A stretch of 64,000 nucleotides of DNA, from assembly GCA_035221665.1 (NCBI GenBank), contig CM069156.1, forward strand, positions 20,460,001-20,524,000, given 5' to 3'. Source of the stretch: Okamejei kenojei. Its lineage: Eukaryota. Positions within the stretch are counted from its first letter, which is position 1. Every line of letters begins with the position of its first letter. The notes below the pieces were generated by a model, which had not been told where the DNA came from, did no database searches, and saw only the letters and a program-made list of their open reading frames with translations. This document shows positions 37,461 to 49,688 of this stretch, one piece after another. The position numbers were made by a program, and so were the translations under genes.

Positions 37461-38302
37461 GGAGCTGACTTTTAAAACGAACAATGTCCTGCAAGGTTAG
37501 TGTCCACAAATTAGCTTTTCTTTCTGTGTTGTGTGCTCTGTAATTTCAGCTGAATGTGAGGAGGCACATGAGCAGCTCTAGTTAATTGTAACTCTACTTG
37601 CCACTGACTTGGTGCATGGAGACCTGAGCAATTGCGAGCCAAGTATTGTGCTGGAATCAGTACCGTAGCACAGCAAGACGTATGTGGCAATTAAAGGTTT
37701 GGAACTAAGCTTCTGTACACAATTCAATTGATTGCTTGGATATTGCTGCTCAGAATTACCAATGAATGCTATTATACTGCAGCCACAGTCCACACACCAC
37801 AGGGTATCTGGGATTTTGACTGACTGGTCCTTCTGTGAATAACATCGGTATAATTCTTGCCACTGGGCTATTTTTAGCTTTGCACGGTGAGTGCGTGAGT
37901 AATGGACCACTTTAATCCATCAGCCGTCCAATGGGGGACCAAGTTGAGAAGTGAGTTTAGAATGTGAATGTGCATTAAGGTAATAAAAGTTGTATAAGGC
38001 AACAAAGAAGCTAAAAATAAAATCATTCCACTCTGGGGTCGACTGCAGATTTTTCATCCTTATTGATTTTTAAGGCATAAAATATTAGCCACTGATGTCA
38101 GGCTAATCGATAAAATCAATTTAGAAACTAGGAAATGCAGATGCTGGTTTACCAAAAAGGACACAAAGTGCTGGAGTAACTCAAAGAATCTGGCAGCATT
38201 TCTGGAGAACATAGAAGGATGTTTTGTGCAGGAAAGAACTGCAGATGCTAGTTTAAAGCAAAGATAAAAGGATTTCCCATGATTTTGGAGACCAGAATGG
38301 GT

Positions 38303-38335
<33 letters not shown>

Positions 38336-38507
38336 CACAGAATCGGGATATGGGGCAAAATGAGGGCAAATGTCTTTACTGAGGAAAATGAATATGAGGA
38401 ATTCTCCGCACAGAAGGCAGTGGAGGCCATGTCACTGAATACACTCAAGGAGCAGATCGGTAGATTTCTCGGCACAAAGAACATTAGAGGAGAGAACAGG
38501 AATAGGG

Positions 38508-39061
38508 AAGGAATGGAAGACTACCAATTCCACTACTTCCATGGAAGATTGAGGAGACTAGGTACAGTATGCTGACAAATACTCTCGTGAACTTCTGCAG
38601 GTGTATGGTAGAGAGCATATTGATTGGCATTTCCCAGTCCATAATGGGTACTGACCTTCCCACCATTGAATGTATCTATAGGAGGAGCTGCCTCGAAAAG
38701 GCAGCCAGCATCATCAAGGCAACGTGGCCACATTCCCATTTCACTCCTACGACCAGACAAAAGATATAGGAGTCTGAAAGTTGTGACCTCCAGGTTCAGG
38801 AACAGCTTCTTCCCAACAACCATCAGGCTCTTAAACAGTACAAACACCAACTAAACTACAAACTATCTTGGTTGCACTAGGGACCTTTGACTATTGTTTT
38901 CCACTAATATCGAGTTTCTCTTTAAGTTGTTGAACTTTCTTCTGTTTATTGTATTACCTATGAGTACATACTGTGCTTACAGACCTGTTATGCTGCTGCT
39001 AGTAAAATTTTCATTGTTTAATTCTTGGTACTTATGACAATTAAACACTTTTGACTCTCTT
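38508..39061 (+). mobile_element. Rex1-type LINE 3' end inserted in a CR1 3' end
   Basis: NFCRCMVESILIG..KAASIIK and RYRSLKVVTSRFRNSFFPTTIRLLN; 8-bp duplication GAATAGGG at 38500-38507 and 39062-39069. Confidence 0.85.
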
Positions 39062-42000
39062 GAATAGGGCATTGAAATAATCAGCCATGTTTGTATTGGT
39101 TGACAGAACATGCTCAATAGTCCTATTTTCTACCGTTCTATAAGGGCCAGACTGAGTAAGGTTTGTGGATTTACCTCCCTGAAGGATATTTATGAACCAG
39201 GTATATTTTTACAGTGTACAGTATTTCATGGGTACTGGTGCTAACTTGATCACTATTTAAAAAATGGCATGTTTTATTTTACTGCCTAATTTAAATTCTT
39301 CAGTTTCTAAGGTGGGGGTTTGAAGCTAGATTAATGGTTCAAAACTCTGGCAACCATCCAATAACCTAACAACCAGCCAGCATTATTTACCACTGCAGAG
39401 GCTAAAGTCGGTCCTGGGGAAAATTCCTCACCAGGATGAGTTATCTAATGTATTTTAGCTGGACAGGCCAAGAGCCTCACTGCTCCTTGAACTTGCAAGC
39501 CAGTCTGTCACCCGAACTCAGGTGCCTTACCGGCACGTTGGGAATGAGGAATCACTGGGTGGCATAATCCGGATTTTGCAGAGATTTACTGCTCCAGCTG
39601 AGCATCCCCAGGCTTTGGACTGATTGAGAGCCCACAGAGCCAGTAGCGGAGTCTATGGTGGAGTGGTGTCGTGGATGGAAGGTGTGAGACATTGGGTTGC
39701 AGGGGCACTTGGAGATGAGTTGGTGGGCTAGGAGAGTGAGGGGCTGTGGTGGTGGAAATGGGTAAGGAGAGGTGGGGAGCAGATTGCAAGAACCATTCTA
39801 TGCCAGATATTATCATATATATATAATGTAACAGTAAATGTCATATTTTTGCAAGATAAATGGAATAGAAACAAGCTGCTGCTTTCTCCAGATTTTCAAA
39901 TTCTATTTGTTTCCCAAGGCAGAGAAGATACTTCCACGTTGGCTTAAACTGGAGATCAATATTTCCTGGACAAAACTAATTAGCCTCTAAAGACATTTGT
40001 GTATGTGTTTGTGTGGAGCACCTCTCCAAAGAGAGGAGAAGGAGCAGTAGAAATTCTTTGAGGTATGATTTGCTTAATGGACCAGACATCTTAAAGACCT
40101 ATTTTGGAATAGATTATGGTTTAGATTAGATGCACAGATTGAGAGAGAAAACATGTGCTATTAAGATAGTTTATCCAAATTTTGTCTTAAATGGAGATAG
40201 AATTGGAGGGGATCAGTTCCTTACGGGATATCTAATATGACAAGTACAGGGATAATCAAATGTGCATATTGTGTGCAGGTAACACGAACGTGAAATGTGG
40301 GGCAGAGAAATAAAAGGGGATCGTGGAAAGGATAATAGAGAGACAGGTTTGAGAAAGGGGATCGGGTTAGTTACTCGGGCAGAAGATTGGGTAGATTGCT
40401 GGGGTTGATGGTATGTGATCAATTCATTTATATAGACGGGCCTTGTTAAAGAGGCTGTCAACCACAACACTCAAATGGCTCTGCATTAAACACAACATGT
40501 TCTGTTTAAGGTAAAAATTCAGAAAAATGTGTGAGCATGCAAAATTCTGGCAAATATGAGAAATGTGAAATCTTTCATGTTGGCAGCAAAATTTAACAAA
40601 TAGGCATGTTGTCTCAGTGGTGAAGCATGACAGAGCTGAGATGCACAGGGATCTGGGCATCCCTGTGCATGATTCATAAAGGTTTGCAGGAACAACATAA
40701 TCTAGAACTCGAGGGTCACTTTTTAAAAATAAGGTGAAGATGATCAGTGGAAATGGTGGAGGACAATCGGGTAGAAGAAGTGTGGAAAGCATTGCTGACT
40801 CCTATACCTTGAGGGAGTCTTCACTCCCAGTAATTTTCTGTGGTTTACTGCCTAGAGGTTTGGATCCCAAGGAGCAAAGGCAACCTTTTCCCTCTCTGGC
40901 TTCACTCACCTGTGACATTCCAACCACAGTAGCAAAGATTGCAAACACCAGACTAAGAATGGCAATATTAATACCTAAGAAGCTGGAAAACTGATTTAAA
41001 AGCAGTTGGTGCTGGAAATACCAATCAGGCTGTTTGGAGAGTGAAATATTTTAGTGATGCATATCTCACCATAACAAACCATGTGAGATCAAGACAATTC
41101 TTTTGACATATTTCTATTGTGCAGTAATTTTCCTTCCTGGAATCACTCTCTTGCCCAATTCTTCAAACTAGATCCCTGGTTCCCTTTCCTTCCAACATCT
41201 TCACCGCTTCCCACTTCAAGCTACAAAGACCACCTTCCTGCTATTTCATGCACCAGGACTTGCATATGTTGCACCAAATCAGGGAATTCTCACACTCTTC
41301 CCCGCAGCATCTCTGCTCAGTTGCAGCTGTGATATGTGCTGCTGCTGTCTGGCTGCCTCAGACCATGCACTCTTCAGCAATCCCTGCACACTAACTGTCA
41401 GCAGCTGCATTACATTGAGTGAAGTCCCATTGAGAGTTATGCAGCACCTGAGTAAAGCTGATTTCTGGGTGTAAATCAGTGTTCAATACAATAATGGTTA
41501 AGGTCACCAGAAAATGGTGAAATCCAATTTCCAGGCAAAAAAAGTCTGCAAAGGGATAAAGGCAGGTTAAATGAGTGGGGGAAAGAAGATAGCAGATGAA
41601 ATCTAATGGGCAAAATGTGGTAGAAAGCTTAGAGAAGTAGAATATTATTTAAATAATGTTGGACTAAATGAATGCTGGTGATCAGAGGGATCTGGTTGTT
41701 CTCAGACAAGAAACAGCTTGCAAGGACAGCATTCAATTAGGAAGACAAATATGATGCAGACTTTTATCACAAGCTAGGTGAATTCAAAAAATCATTTTAT
41801 GCACAACATGAGTAAAAAAATATATAAACAGGTCCAGTTTCTCAGCGGTAATCTCCACTGATGTTGTAGAGCTAAGAATGCTTAAAGAAGTTCTCCTTCA
41901 AGGAACTGTTCCAGTTATACTGCATTTAATTGAACTATTTCATTTTAAGTGATTTGACCTATTTTATACTGCTTTACTGGAGCTCTTTTGGATTACTTTC

Positions 42001-42329
42001 CCAGGAGCTATATTACTTTAGGATATTCTTGAAGGAATATAGAAGGAATATAATGGTTTAGAAGATGCTAAAATAGTTAATGAAGAGTTAAATTGTTATG
42101 CATTGACTGCAAGTGAGCTTTATTATTTAAGATTAATGTAAAATTAACTATTGTTGACTGCTCTTGGAAGAGTGGCAGTCTTTCCAAGTAAAAGTGTTAT
42201 AGAGCACTTTAAATTATATAATCTTGTTTATACGGCAGGTTGGACTGTGATTGTTTCCCCTGGAGCAAAGGAGGCGGCGAGGTGCTTTATAGCAGGTTAT
42301 AATATTATTAATGCCATAGATGAGGGAGA

Positions 42330-42860
42330 TAGTCATTTGCCAATTAACCTGAATCCACCTATTACTTGTCAGTTCTTGTTCCACCCTTCCCACTCACTAC
42401 CAGCTATCTCTTCTTTATTCCATCTGTCTGAAGAAGGGTTCCACCCCAAAATGTCATCTGTCCATTCCCTTCCACAGAAGCTGTGGAAAATATGACCCTC
42501 TGAGTTTCTCCAGCAGTTTGTTTTCGGTCAAGCGTCTAGCATCTTCAGTCTCTTGTGTTTTTGGAAGGTCAGAGTCTTTTGCCCAGGGTAGTGGAGTCTA
42601 AACACAGATGGCAGAGATTTTTGAGAAGGGAAAATTTTAAAGGAACCTGAGGATCAGGTTTTTCACTCAGAGAGTGTGGTGAGCATTCAGAATGAGCAAC
42701 CAGAGGAAGTGGTAGAGGGGGTACAACTGCAATGTTTAAAAACATTTGCATGGGTTCATGGATAGGAAATGTTTAAAGGGATAAGGGCCAAATGCCACTA
42801 ACTCTGACAGGTACCTTAGTCAACATGAATGAGTTGGGCTGAGGGCCCTAGTCTCCAAGT
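42330..42860 (+). mobile_element. Penelope-like terminal fragment (42330-42560) followed by a CR1 3' end
   Basis: CTGAAGAAGGGTTCCACCCCAAAATGTC at 42428-42455; CR1 3' motifs from about 42570. Confidence 0.55.
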
Positions 42861-43039
42861 TATAAAACTCATCGACTCCATGTTAAATCACGACCCTGTC
42901 TGTTATCTCAAGCAGTTACAATAAGTCCAACAGTTCATAATTTTAAAAAAGCACATTGCTTATCTGTTTCTCCACCTGCAGAGCATCTAGTCATTACCAC
43001 TGTGGTGACCAAGGAATTTGCTCTGCTCAAACTATTATA

Positions 43040-43615
43040 GGGTTACAATGCAAGGAAACAGGTCTTCAGTTCATTGAGTCAGTACATCAAGCACAGTGTG
43101 AAAAATACTTCTAGATGCGCTGGGATGCATCCTCTGTGATGTGACCTGGGGTCATCGGGTGTTTCGGGTCTCACAACATCAGACACCATCACCCAGGCGA
43201 CCTAGCCGGGGTTGATCAAGCCCCGACTTGTGTCCCAGCAGCAACCGCCCACGGATCAGCCCTCTTAATCCAAAGCCACCTGGTGGCATTTCTCTGCGGC
43301 TTCGCTTGCGGATTGAATGGCCCTCTTCTTTGCCAGCCCCGTAATGCCCAACTGGTTGAGGACTTTGCAAAGATATGTACACTGATCCCACTTTATTCTC
43401 ATCAACCTTCTCCAGATTCTACCACTCACTTATACTCTGGGGTCACTTTATGGAGGCCAATTAACCTCCCTCTCCTCACAGCTTTGGGAAGTGGGAGGAA
43501 ACCAGAACAGCTGAAGAAAATACATCCCGAGCATGCAAACAGCACCAGTGGTCTAGATTGAACCCGGGTCACTGGAGTTGCGGGACAGTAATTCTATACC
43601 AATTGTCTGCCATAT
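43040..43615 (-). mobile_element. V-SINE/HE1-like SINE split by the 43105-43376 insertion
   Basis: GTGGGAGGAAACCAGAACAG and GATTGAACCCGGGTC; tail AAGGAAACAGGTCTTC near 43052. Confidence 0.5.
43105..43376 (-). mobile_element. 3' end of a HERO-like (R2-group) non-LTR retrotransposon
   Basis: Minus strand encodes SLCKVLNQLGITGLAKKRAIQSASEAAEK/ATRWLWIKRADPWAVAAGTQVGA* (one frameshift); 3' UTR GTCTGATGTTGTGAGACCCGAAACACCCGATGACCCCAGG; family recognised from memory. Confidence 0.6.
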
Positions 43616-44580
43616 TTCCCATACCATAGCTGTTGGGAACACTAAGGTTGTAGAGGGTGCTCAAGAAATGCAAGTTATTTTCATTCTTTACAGATGAAAA
43701 TGTAGAACAAAAAGGACTACAAGGATTTAAAGCATGATAAATAAGGAACACTGCATTCCTTGGTTTATGTTACCCTTGATTTTTCATTTGATCAATTTTT
43801 TGTAGTAATGTTGCTCTGTTATTGACACTGCTGGAAGATCTGACGTTGAGTTCCCACTGCGTGAACTGGAGCTGAAGGAGGAACCAAGGTCCTATTATTA
43901 GCATGCGGAATGGATTGAGAAATATTTGTATCACAAACAAGTCCAGTTTCCAGTTGCTAGTCTGTGCGCCACCAAACAAAATCTAAAATAAAAATAGAAG
44001 GTTCTGGAAAGCTGCAGTAAGTGGATCGGCATCTGACAGCAAGATTAATGATTAGATTGAATTGTTGAATGGATGTCAGCCACCAGACCTTATTCAATGG
44101 GGCTGCCTGCAGAAGTCGGTGTGAGAAGGCATAACGATCAGTGTCTTCATTCCCTGACTAACCGCCTGAATAAAACATGACTGACTCTCAGTAGACCCGT
44201 TCCTGCCTACTTAAACTTCCCTGCACATCCATCACAACTCTGGCGATGTTATCTCACTCAGTAGAATACGGGTAATTATCGTGTAAAAAAAAACCTTTCA
44301 AATTTGTTTCCGCGCTCAGATGATATTTCACTACACTTTATCCAGTCCGTCCATATCAGTTTCTAGAATGTGTCATTGGGAGCAGGTCAAGATATCTTCC
44401 ACTAATAGCATTTTCCATTTTGAAAATTGTTTTACGACGTCAAACTTATGTCATTACAGTAAAGTACTAATTTTGTTTAGGCAGAGATATAATATAGAGC
44501 TAGAATGAACTGGCAATAGCTGTAAAGGCGTTCGTGGGCATGGATATGTTAAGGAGTGGGAAAGGGCGCGTTAAGGGGCA

Positions 44581-44794
44581 GGTAGACGTAAAATGCTGGA
44601 GTAACTCAGTCGGACAGGCAGCATTCGCTGGAGAGAAGGAATGGGTGACGTTTCAGATCAGACCTGAAGAAGGGTCTCGACCTGAAACGTCACCCATTCC
44701 TTCTCTCCAGAGTTGCTGCCTGTCCCGCTGAGTTACTCCAGCATTTTGTGTCTATCTTTGGTTTAAACCAGCATATGCAGTTGCTTCCTACACA
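44581..44794. mobile_element. Penelope-like fold-back element with intact hammerhead core
   Basis: Left arm 44583-44659 is the reverse complement of about 44679-44754; core CTGAAGA-AGGGTCTCGACCT-GAAACGTC. Confidence 0.75.
44664..44691 (+). ncRNA. Minimal type I hammerhead-ribozyme-like motif
   Basis: CUGANGA box, stem II GGGUC/GACCU, GAAA box, palindromic ACGU, GUC cleavage triplet; stem I is weak and activity is unproven. Confidence 0.5.
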
Positions 44795-45189
44795 ATGAAA
44801 GGGTAGGGTTGTGCAGTTGTGTGTAAGGCTCCACAGGAGGGATATTTTATCATTATTCGATAAGACACCAAGGCAGCACAATAGACCAGGCCTTGGAGAT
44901 TTGTGTGCAGAGGGCTGTTTCCACCACAGAGAGTGGAACTCGCACAGGAAATCAGTCGGGCTGTGGGGAGCGGGGTGTGAGAGAGGATTGCAGGCAGAGA
45001 ATAGTTGGGAGAGATGGTGGAGGGAACAAAGGAATGTAAATAATGGTGGAGAAAATTAGTCAGGGGAGACACGATGGATCGGTGGTTGTCAGGAGTGGTC
45101 GGAGGAGCCACCAAAGGTCATTAACAGCAAGAGGTGGAGTAGTTGAAAGGAGTTACCACTAATAAAAATAATTAAGGGACCTTCCTCAA

Positions 45190-45338
45190 ACAAGATAGAT
45201 TTCCAAGATGGACAGGTGTCATGGGTTATGGGGAGAAGGCAGGAGAATGGGGTGAGGAGATAGATCAGCCATGATTGAATGGTGGAGCAGACGTGATGAG
45301 CCGAATGGCCTAATTCTACTCCTATCACTTATGACCTA
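45190..45338 (+). mobile_element. CR1 3' tail
   Basis: GGGGAGAAGGCAGGAGAATGGGG..ATCAGCCATGATTGAATGG..CCGAATGGCCTAATTCT. Confidence 0.75.
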
Positions 45339-46589
45339 ATTACCATAATTCCTAGCAATGACCGAATCTGACTGGTGGTGAATGACAAGGCGAGCTCTGT
45401 CTCTGGTCTAGCTCATTCACGGAATTTCTCTGCCGAGGGCAGTTCTGCATTGTGATGGAAGAGTGAGTTGTGCACAAAATTTCAAATTACAGAATGTTCT
45501 CATGGTCTTCAATACACTCCAAGGAACTGGAGCAAACTCAAGAAATACCTGGTCAAATTGTTTTTAATAATATTCATTTCCACAGAAAACCTTTTGCTAT
45601 TTGATAAACACTAAGATTCTATCACATAGCCATTGAATATATTCTCGGAATGATCATCATTGTGACAACTGTGTGTTCCTACTTTCCTTTGCGAAGGTGA
45701 AGGTGAAACTTCTCAAGTTGCTACATTTATTATGCTGAAGGCAGATTTTAGCCCGATGATGGTAATTGGTACTCAACTGAAGATCCTTTACACTTTTAGA
45801 TAGTGAAGTCAGAATATTTTGGAGATTTTCAGTTGCAATGTGGAAGCATGCCATTGGGACTGATATTCACTCTACCTATTAGACTCTGCTTTGAATCTGT
45901 ATATAACACTCTTGGAAACTTCATTGTGGTTTTAGGGCATTGAGATGTTGTGCTGACGTTCATCGTGAACCATTTGGCAGTTGAATCTATTGCTGCTGAA
46001 TCATCCCTTCAGTGGATTCAATGTGATTTATGTCTGCAATAAAATAAATATAAAGCATATAAAGAGAGAATATATTTTCAAATCATCATTCTAACTAAAT
46101 ATTGGAACTTCAAGTGTTGTTGCAGACTGCATGTTTGAAATGGTCTGTGAAACTGCTATATTGAGAAGCAGACACACTGCAGTCTAAAGGATTACAATAC
46201 AAAAACAGGGGCACAATTACAGCATGGCCCAGATATACGTGGAACAGCGTACAGAATAATGAGCTTGCCCCATGACCCTTTACACCATGATATTCAATGC
46301 TTTCTGTGATTGTTAGGTGCCAGTTGGAGGCCTGGGAGAGTCTTGAATGTAGTTGGCAATGTGAGGGTGTGTGTGCTGATTATGGGCTGCGTTGCTTTGG
46401 TTCGTGATTGTGGCGCTAGGCTGGAAATCATGAGCTGGGGATGAGATGATTGATCATCTGTCAGGGTGGATTAGTGTCTCAGGTAGAGTTTGGTTGGACT
46501 TTAGGATTAACTGGAGCATGGTGGAAGTGGTGAGATCAAACCCTGGTATGATTGGGAGCTGGAAAAGTGATCAAGGGGCGCAATCACCA

Positions 46590-47312
46590 CCGGGTGGCAC
46601 CCGTAATGGCCGCCTCGCCAGCAGTCTGTCTTGTCCCTTCTCTGTTTTTATTATTTTAAGGTATGTCTTGAATGTTTATGTTAATGTCTCTTGGTATATT
46701 TTATGTGGGGGGGGGGGGGGGGTGCAGGGGAATCGGGAGAAACCTTTTTCAGTCACTTACCTCGACAGAGTTGTGATATTTCTCCGTGTCGCATCTCCAC
46801 CCCCCCCCCCCCCCCCCTTTGCGGCCTACAACGTGGAGTGGTGCGGCTTTTCCTGGGGACCGGCCCGGCGCGGACTTACCATCGCGGAGCCTGGGATCTT
46901 TTGCCGAGGATCGCCAGAGTTGAAGTTCTGACCGCGGGGCATGTGGACTTTGACACCGTGAAGCAGCGGTCTCCGGTAAGAAGCGGCCGACTCAGGAGTG
47001 TTCTGATCCTTTCGATCATCGATGCTGGAGTTTTGATCATCTCGACAAGAGGGCTTGAACAGCGGACCATCGGCAACGGCCCCGTTTAAAGGCCCTGACC
47101 GCGGGTGAAAAAAGAAGGAAGATGACTGAACTTTATTGCCTTCCATCATTGTGAGGAATGTTCATTCCACTGTGGTGTATGTTTATGTTAAACTTTATTT
47201 TATGTGCTGTGTGTATCTTTGCTTTTTTACTTAGTATAGCTGTATGGTAACTCAAATTTCACTGTGCCTTAATTGGTACACGTGACAATTAAATTGAATC
47301 TTGAATCTTGAA
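46590..47312 (+). mobile_element. CpG-rich non-autonomous retroposon with Rex1-like tail
   Basis: Ends AATTTCACTGTGCCTTAATTGGTACACGTGACAATTAAA followed by (TTGAATC)n; shares TTGCCTTCCA..GTGAGGA..CCACTGTGGTG with 6648-6695. Confidence 0.6.
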
Positions 47313-47606
47313 TTGAAAGTCATGGCGGTTTGGTTCCATGTGAGGTCAGGCCAGAATACAACGACCAATGAAGGAACTTATCTTATAGGGAGTCCCTTTC
47401 TACATAACCCAAAAATATAGATGGTTGATGATCCAAGAACAATGTCATTCAATTTCCTACTCGTGTAAAGACCTCATTGGGAATGATGTAACCGAAGCTT
47501 GTTTCCCATATTTTTGATGAGGGCTGATACACAGCTGGGAGCATCCAACAACATTAAGTGTGAAAATAAAAATGTTGTCGCTGTAATTTGTGACCTACTG
47601 TTCCAT

Positions 47607-47712
47607 GAGTCCTCACATTTTACACCACCAGCCTCTGCATCCAACACATTCTCTGACATTTTCACCACCGTCAACGTGATCCCAACACTAGTCACACCTT
47701 CCCTTCTCCAGC
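47607..47712 (+). mobile_element. Penelope ORF fragment (RT to GIY-YIG linker)
   Basis: Degenerate match to VLTFHPTSLRIQHI.RHFxHxQRDPxTSHxFPSP. Confidence 0.5.
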
Positions 47713-49636
47713 CCAGTCATGTGTGGAACTCAGGATGCTTTAACAACTTGGTAGGTTGAGGTAGCACACTTGGATAAAAAAGAAACTAATCCAGCAGTTG
47801 ATTGTTAATTTTATTTGTGTCTGTTAAATATTTTGAATTAATATTTGTCCCAGAGGTTTTCCTGGCAGTGGAACTTGCATTGTCCAGATTGAGATCTGCT
47901 CTGCTTTTGCAGAATGCTTTTCTTCAAAGCGTTCTTCACACAACTTTGTAGGTATTTGGATGGGTAAATGTACCATGCAGTGTGGTGATGGCAAAGTGGA
48001 GCTTAAATGCTCATTTAGCTGAAGCAAGGAAGAAATCAATACTAACATGTTTTGTTTGTAAACCCTTGTTGAGGAAATGTTGGTTTCTGTTCTGGCAGTT
48101 CATTAAACTGCGAGAAGCTTGTTGTAGGTTCCCATGAAGGTGTAGGGACCTTAGTCATGAGATGTGTCACCACTGATTGAGAAACTGCAAGGTTACATTG
48201 ATTGACTTATCTAACTAAGCATGGTTTTCCGACAAGTGCTTAATCCTCACCCAGAATACCCTTTCCCTTCCTGATTGGGTGATCACCTCTTATATGCAGT
48301 CAGGAAGTGCTTACTTGAATGGCACCATGCATTGTATCAGACCATGCAAAGATCATGGGAAAGGGAACTGTGGTCAACTAATGCCAATGCAACACTTAAT
48401 GAGGTAAATACTTATTATAACACCTTCCCAAAAATCAGATGTCCTACACTATGTTATTGCCAATGTTGTGAACTCCTCTCTGCTCGCTAATCTATAAAAG
48501 GATTGAGTAAAATAGTGCCTCAATACTGCCTCTCCCTATCTCTCTAGCTTGACAATTCTGGCCTTTTGATTATTTTGAAGTTTAATGGCTCAACCACTAA
48601 TGACATTACTAGCAAGGCCCTGTGCTTCACATACTTCTCCACCTCTTTAACTCTCCTACCTTCTTCTACTTAACTTTCAAAACCCACAATTTTGCCCATG
48701 TTTTTTTTTATCAGCCGTTCCAAGATCTCCTTTTAATACCCTGGGATCAAATTTTGTTTTATCCTGTGAGGCATTTTTGTATGTTCTGTTGTGTTAAAAA
48801 AATGATACTGTAATATAAAATTACGAATCTAAGGGTGTTTCTTTTATTGTTCTGTGAGAACATGGCTTTATGGCTTTAATCCTAGTAGCAGAGAAAATTC
48901 AAGATTGGAACAATGATAAAAATCAGTACAAACGGGCCTGTCAATATCTATGCGTTTCAATAGAAATCAAAGAATTTCACTTAAGCTGAAGGTCCTGCTT
49001 CTGTGCTGTGTAACTCTATGACACATAGTTTATCATATACTCTTTATTTCCACGTTAGCTAGTTACACTAATTACTGAGTCATACACAATCTCCAAAATG
49101 CATTCTACAACCAGGTGCAGAATTTTATTTGGTGTACCTCCTCATTGTATTTAATGTAGCAGGAGGTGGAAAAACTTGGAGGTGCTCAAGCTCAAAGAAG
49201 ACTGAAGATTCCCTGATTCACCAGCATTTACCATTTACCAGCACTGCAAAGGTGGCAATGTTGGTGCTAAACCAGCCAGGGCATTTTGTGTCTTTTTATA
49301 GAGGCCAATCACCATTATTCTCTATTGCTTTTTAATTTTCCAAAACTTAAAAAATGATTAGAGCTAAGCAACCACCAAATAATGAAACATGCCATGTCTT
49401 GGATGGTTGGCTACAAGCAAGGTGGTTAGAGGCCCTGTAACTCCGGTTACAGGACAGATCAATTGACAATTACTAATAAACTGTGTTAAGCTGCTCTATG
49501 TTACATGGAAAAACACTGAAGTTGGACAGCCAGCCTCAAATCCCAGCAACATCACTCCCCACCCTGCATAGCTTTGCTCTTTTCCATTTATGCCTCAACA
49601 GATAATGCAGAATCCAAAAAGATGCAAATATAATAA

Positions 49637-49688
49637 TAATGAGAGAGGGAAACATTTGTGTCTAATGAGAGAGGGAAACATTTGTGTC
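49637..49688. repeat. Perfect 26-bp tandem duplication
   Basis: TAATGAGAGAGGGAAACATTTGTGTC twice. Confidence 0.9.

Noticed and set aside
43160-43190. Hammerhead in the HERO-like 3' UTR (CTGATGT...GAAAC on minus)
   Set aside because: First box is CUGAUGU rather than CUGANGA, stem II does not pair, and no NUH is correctly placed
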